64,000 nucleotides of DNA from Lingula anatina. Its lineage: Eukaryota; Animalia; Brachiopoda. The position numbers and the translations under genes were made by a program. The stretch covers positions 30,566,001 to 30,630,000 of the forward strand of contig CM120642.1 in assembly GCA_051362555.1 (NCBI GenBank), read 5' to 3'. Numbering within the stretch: position 1 is the first letter of the stretch; each line of letters opens with the position of its first letter. Positions 59,631-64,000 of this stretch are shown here, in pieces. A model generated the notes under the pieces. The model did no database searches. It worked only from the letters and a program-made list of their open reading frames with translations, and was not told where the DNA came from.

Positions 59631-62600
59631 ATGTGGAATTTGTTATCAGCTGCCTTGTTAATGACAGCAGTTTGGCCGTCCAAAGTTGTCGAAGCTAAGC
59701 AGGAAAATCGTCGCAATGCACCGCACAATTTTGGCGAAATTCTCCAGCGAATACACGAACTCAGAGCTCAGTCTGAGCAAGAATTTCCCAAGCATATTCT
59801 CACAAGTTCTTATCATTCCAGCGGACTTGATATTCAGACGCTAGCAGCGTTGCTGGATCGCGTTAAGCAGCTACAAGCGGGGTCTTTGGACGTCAACGTC
59901 TCCGAGATATGCCTAAACAGAACCGAGCACTATCTCGGTGGACTGATGAACCGGCAGTACTGGGCATTGCAAAGTGAGTAAATATGATAAATATTATCTC
60001 TAAACATAGTGTTGGAAAAGAGGTTGACATTGAGGAAGAACTGAGAAATTCGCAGCTACATTTGGAAGATTTAATTTATCGGTGCTGACTAATCGTATCA
60101 TTATGGCACGTACATATAAAATAAAAAACGTTTGTCTGGCCTACATTTTAAGTTCAGTTAAGGTTGTAGTCTGCTGCGTTGCAAGTTGCTAGGTAGTGAA
60201 GAGAATAATGGCTGCATAAAGGTCTAGGGATCTTGAATAATAAATAAGATTAAGCCGAAAATTGGGTCTTAAATTTTCTGACCAAAATATTTGTCTACCT
60301 ATTTTACCCAAGATGCTGTATGTAAAGCAGATATAGAGAGACAGTTTCATTGCAGGCTGAAAAACATCTTTGTGTTTTGTCCTCTATTAAATTGAAGGCA
60401 GTCAGAAGAATGCATGGAGATCTTCCTCACATTCAAAGTCATTTTACCTGCTTTTCACATTCTTCTAATGAATTTTTGTTCCATTCTTTCTTTCAGTGTT
60501 CGATGCCACAGCGAAGTTGCCAAGTGGAATAATGGATGGGAAAATCACTTGGCTTGGGTCTTATAGTGAATGCACAAGAGCAAAAGGATATGTCCAGTAT
60601 AATGTGACTACTGGCCAGAGTAACGCTACCTTGGTCACTGACCAGTTTAGTGGTCAGTACTGCCTTGCCTCAATCCCCATATCATGGAGCAATACTACTT
60701 TAACTGCTCAGGTATGTTAGAGTAATGGCATTTTGAAATACTTGTAATTAGTGTTTTATATTTATATTAGCAGAATAAATAAATACATAATGAGAATAAA
60801 TACTATTATTATTATTATTGTTGTGTTTGTTGTTTTTGCTGTTGTTGTTTGATAAAATGCCTGAGAAACTGTGAATGATTAAATCATAATTTGACAATGA
60901 TTCTCTTGTGGTCAGGATTATAAATTCACAGCAGAGAACATCTAATACTGTCATTTAGATAGTTCACTGAAAGTTGATATTGTTTTGAAAAAATTATTAT
61001 TATTATTATATTTATTTTTAGGGTCAAAAAATTGAATTGCGCATAGGGGTGTGTCTTCCTGGAGGATGTAATGAACAAGATGCCAAAGGACTAGTAAACA
61101 CATGTGAGTTGCCATTATCTTTTTGAAACAGTTAAAAAATATTTAAAGAAAATTATTTCATTTTGGAATGACTGAAAAAGAAAGATTTAAGATGCTTGAT
61201 AATTTGTTTGAAGATTTCTATTAATAGGACTGTTAATTAAGTTCTTCAAGAAGTAAAAACATATATAATTAAGATTCCAAAATAATTTTTCTTAACTTGC
61301 CTGTCATATGTTGGTAATCATTTGAGTCACTGATGTGTGTGTGTGTTCGTGTGTTTGTGTTCGTGATATTGCATTTCACTTTTCTTTCCACTTTATTTCA
61401 GTGTTGTCAGTATTAAGATTGAATACAACAGGGGTATCGTCTGCCACGTGTCCTAGGCAAGATGTTCCTTGGAGCACCGGAGCTATAGCTGTCATGTGAG
61501 TGATGTACTGGGCAAGATTAGAAGTATACCCATTTATCACTTTTCACAGGTATAGGATTATTATATAACTAGGATTATTATATAACGCAGTGCCCTCCAA
61601 GATAACATCAAGAGTTGCAACTTTGCTGTCATCAGAGATTGTTGTCTGAGTGGTGATTATGTTCTTGGTCAAAGAAATTTACATTGATGTCTTTGATGTC
61701 ATCATGAAGAATTATTTTTGATGTTGATGTCATTGTTTGATGTCACTCGTACGTTTTTTTTTTTTTTTTCAGAATTTTCAGCATGTAGACTTGCCCTTCA
61801 AGAAATCGACGCCTTCAAGAAATCAACGAAAACCGGAAGTGCGTGTTTTTTGTACTGTTTTTCCTGTCATGCCCATCGTAAACACTGTGTTGTCAAGTAA
61901 AAAGAAGCGTCTGATACAAAGTATCAAACGCGGCATTCACGTGCTTGCTTGCAATGCGTTCAGTACACTTTGTTTACACTGACAAGTTGAGGTCAGAAAT
62001 GCACAATGTTTTTATATGTAATTATGCAGTTTCAATTTTGATTAATGAATTTTCTTTTATCTGCATGGTCATTTTCCGAACATTTGTATAAGCCACGAAA
62101 TATTTCTCATCGGAAAATCACCCAGCAGCTTTCCAAGTACAAGCGAGTGACGTCATGACGCACTTCCGGTTTTCGTCGAGATCTTGAAGGGATTAACGTT
62201 ACGGTTTGCTGCACATTTAAAGCGTTCTGTCTCAAAATGTACTCAACTGCTTGGATTGAAATTTTCAGAACTTATTCTTCACATGATGTCACACATATGT
62301 GCTTAATTTAAGAGCTTTAGCTGTTATATGTTTTCTATAGTGCCCATTCAAATTTGAAAAAGAGCTATTTTCCGTCGATTTCTTGAAGGGCAAGTCTATG
62401 GTCTTGTCTATTTTAGTCTCATTATTTTGTAATTTTTTTCCTTTCAGGTGTTTTGTTGGTTTTCTTGTTCTTCTTGTTGCCATGGGAACAGTCTATGACA
62501 TTTACGTTCAGCATGCGATGACCCAGTTTAATACTGTGCAGATTAGGGTCCCCTACGAAACTGTGAATAACAGCGCTGGCAACGCAGGAGAGCATGCGTT

Positions 62601-63920
62601 ACGAGTTGGTGAATATGCGCCCATACATGACCAGGCCCAGTATCCCGCTGTTGCCAATAAATCTTTATCACCACCAAGTTATAGGGGTTAGTATAGGCTG
62701 ATTTAGTTGTAAAATTTGCTTTAACATTATCTTGGAAACGGATGTTTTGATTACAAACTATTACCTATTGTATGCCCTCTAGGAAGCAAATGTTACCCCC
62801 CTTTTCATTGACATCCCTTTGATCACTTTATCCAGAGTTTACTAGTTAAAGCCATGCTGTTTATAAAATAAGATAATTTATTCAGTCAATACATATTTAT
62901 TAGTATTGATAATTCATTTTTACACAGATGTACATTCTTATTATCATTTTCTATATTTCATTTCAGGCACAATTCATAAAATTATCATAGCTTTTTCTAT
63001 GTACACCAACGGTGCAAAAGTTCTGAACACCAGGCAAGGCAGTGGCGCTCTCACTTGTGTCAATGGAATTCGATTTCTAAGTCTCTCCTGGGTTATTTGG
63101 GGACACACCTATGCTTTCATAGTGTTTTTTGTTGGTAGGTTTTGGTAGGTTTTCATAATAGTTTTTAAGATGATTATGTAATGATTATTGAACCAGTATC
63201 TATGTTAACTTTAATGGATTTTTCTTACGTGAATGCAAGTTTGCAATGGACATTTTACATTTAATGCTAGTTATGATTTTTTTTTTTTGGGGGGGGGGGG
63301 GGGGGGTTTGATTGCTGTTATGTGATGTGAGGTATCAACGGTGAGCAAATTAATACGACTCCTTGTTTTATAAAGTGTCCTTTAGACCTGCTTAACTGTG
63401 TTCCACAGTTACTGTACAAATATCGCACATGTACTTCTCTTCAACATGGGTTCCAGGGTAACTTGATATTTGACCCCTACTACTAGCTAGTCTGCTACTG
63501 CCCTCTGCAAGCTTTTCTTAATATATGCACACATATCTTCTATGCTCTATAGCATTTAAAACATTTGCCAAAATGGGCATCCATCACATTACTGCACTTG
63601 TAAGGATATGACTGATGGATAGAAAATTAGTAGTTGCAGAAAACATATAATTATAACTTTCAATTAATTTATTATATTCTCTCGGCTTTGATGTGCAGGT
63701 ATATTTGTTGGACATATTTTTTTAGGTACACGTACAATGTGTTTACCTTTAACATCATACTAGTATATACTTACTTTAGCTGTCTTGACTTTTTCTTCAA
63801 TAACTTTTGGAAATTGTTTTCAGATAATCTAGCACCTGTTTACCAGGACCTGACAAAACGTTGGACAATGCAGGTCTTATTGCAGGGTACCTTCTCTGTG
63901 GACACCTTCTTTGTCTTAAG
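59631..63920 (+). CDS. NRF-6 / O-acyltransferase-like protein (NRF + acyltransferase-3 domains), 5' portion
   Basis: Exons 59631-59973, 60497-60711, 61022-61103, 61402-61495, 62448-62686, 62967-63134 and 63824-63920, phases consistent; signal peptide; WALQMFDA.AKLPSG, WLGSYSEC, GQYC, GVCLPGGC, AFSMYTN, NGIRFLSLSWVIWGH, SVDTFFVL. Continues past the right edge. Confidence 0.92.
61786..62398. mobile_element. Non-autonomous DNA transposon with perfect 26-bp TIRs (TAG...CTA, possibly Academ-like)
   Basis: tagacttgcccttcaagaaatcgacg and cgtcgatttcttgaagggcaagtcta; additional internal inverted motif aaaccggaagtgcgt/acgcacttccggttt; TSD not clear. Confidence 0.75.
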
Positions 63921-64000
63921 GCAAGTAGACTGATCATCAGTATAATCCTCTTGATGGTTCAGATACAGGGTTGCCATGTCTACACACTAACACATTCTCT

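Overview
AT-rich, intron-containing animal genomic DNA, most likely a lophotrochozoan such as a mollusc (inferred from gene content and repeats). From left to right: (1) the 5' part of a CEP350-like gene on the minus strand, with 22 phase-consistent exons (~1319 aa) running off the left edge and introns full of nested DNA-transposon relics; (2) head-to-head with it, a two-exon Ig-fold type-I membrane protein gene; (3) two tandem C2H2 zinc-finger paralogs; (4) four three-exon secreted C-type lectin genes; (5) a cytosolic TIR-coiled coil-TPR gene that retains the TIR catalytic-position Glu; (6) an intact Ty3/Gypsy retrotransposon; (7) the 5' part of an NRF-6/O-acyltransferase-3 gene. The standout is the Gypsy element. 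It has a normal 396-bp 3' LTR, but its 5' end is a 370-bp inverted LTR copy fused to only the last 76 bp of a direct LTR, and the whole element is still flanked by a 4-bp target-site duplication (CATA). All calls come from reading the sequence by eye; no alignments or database searches were run.
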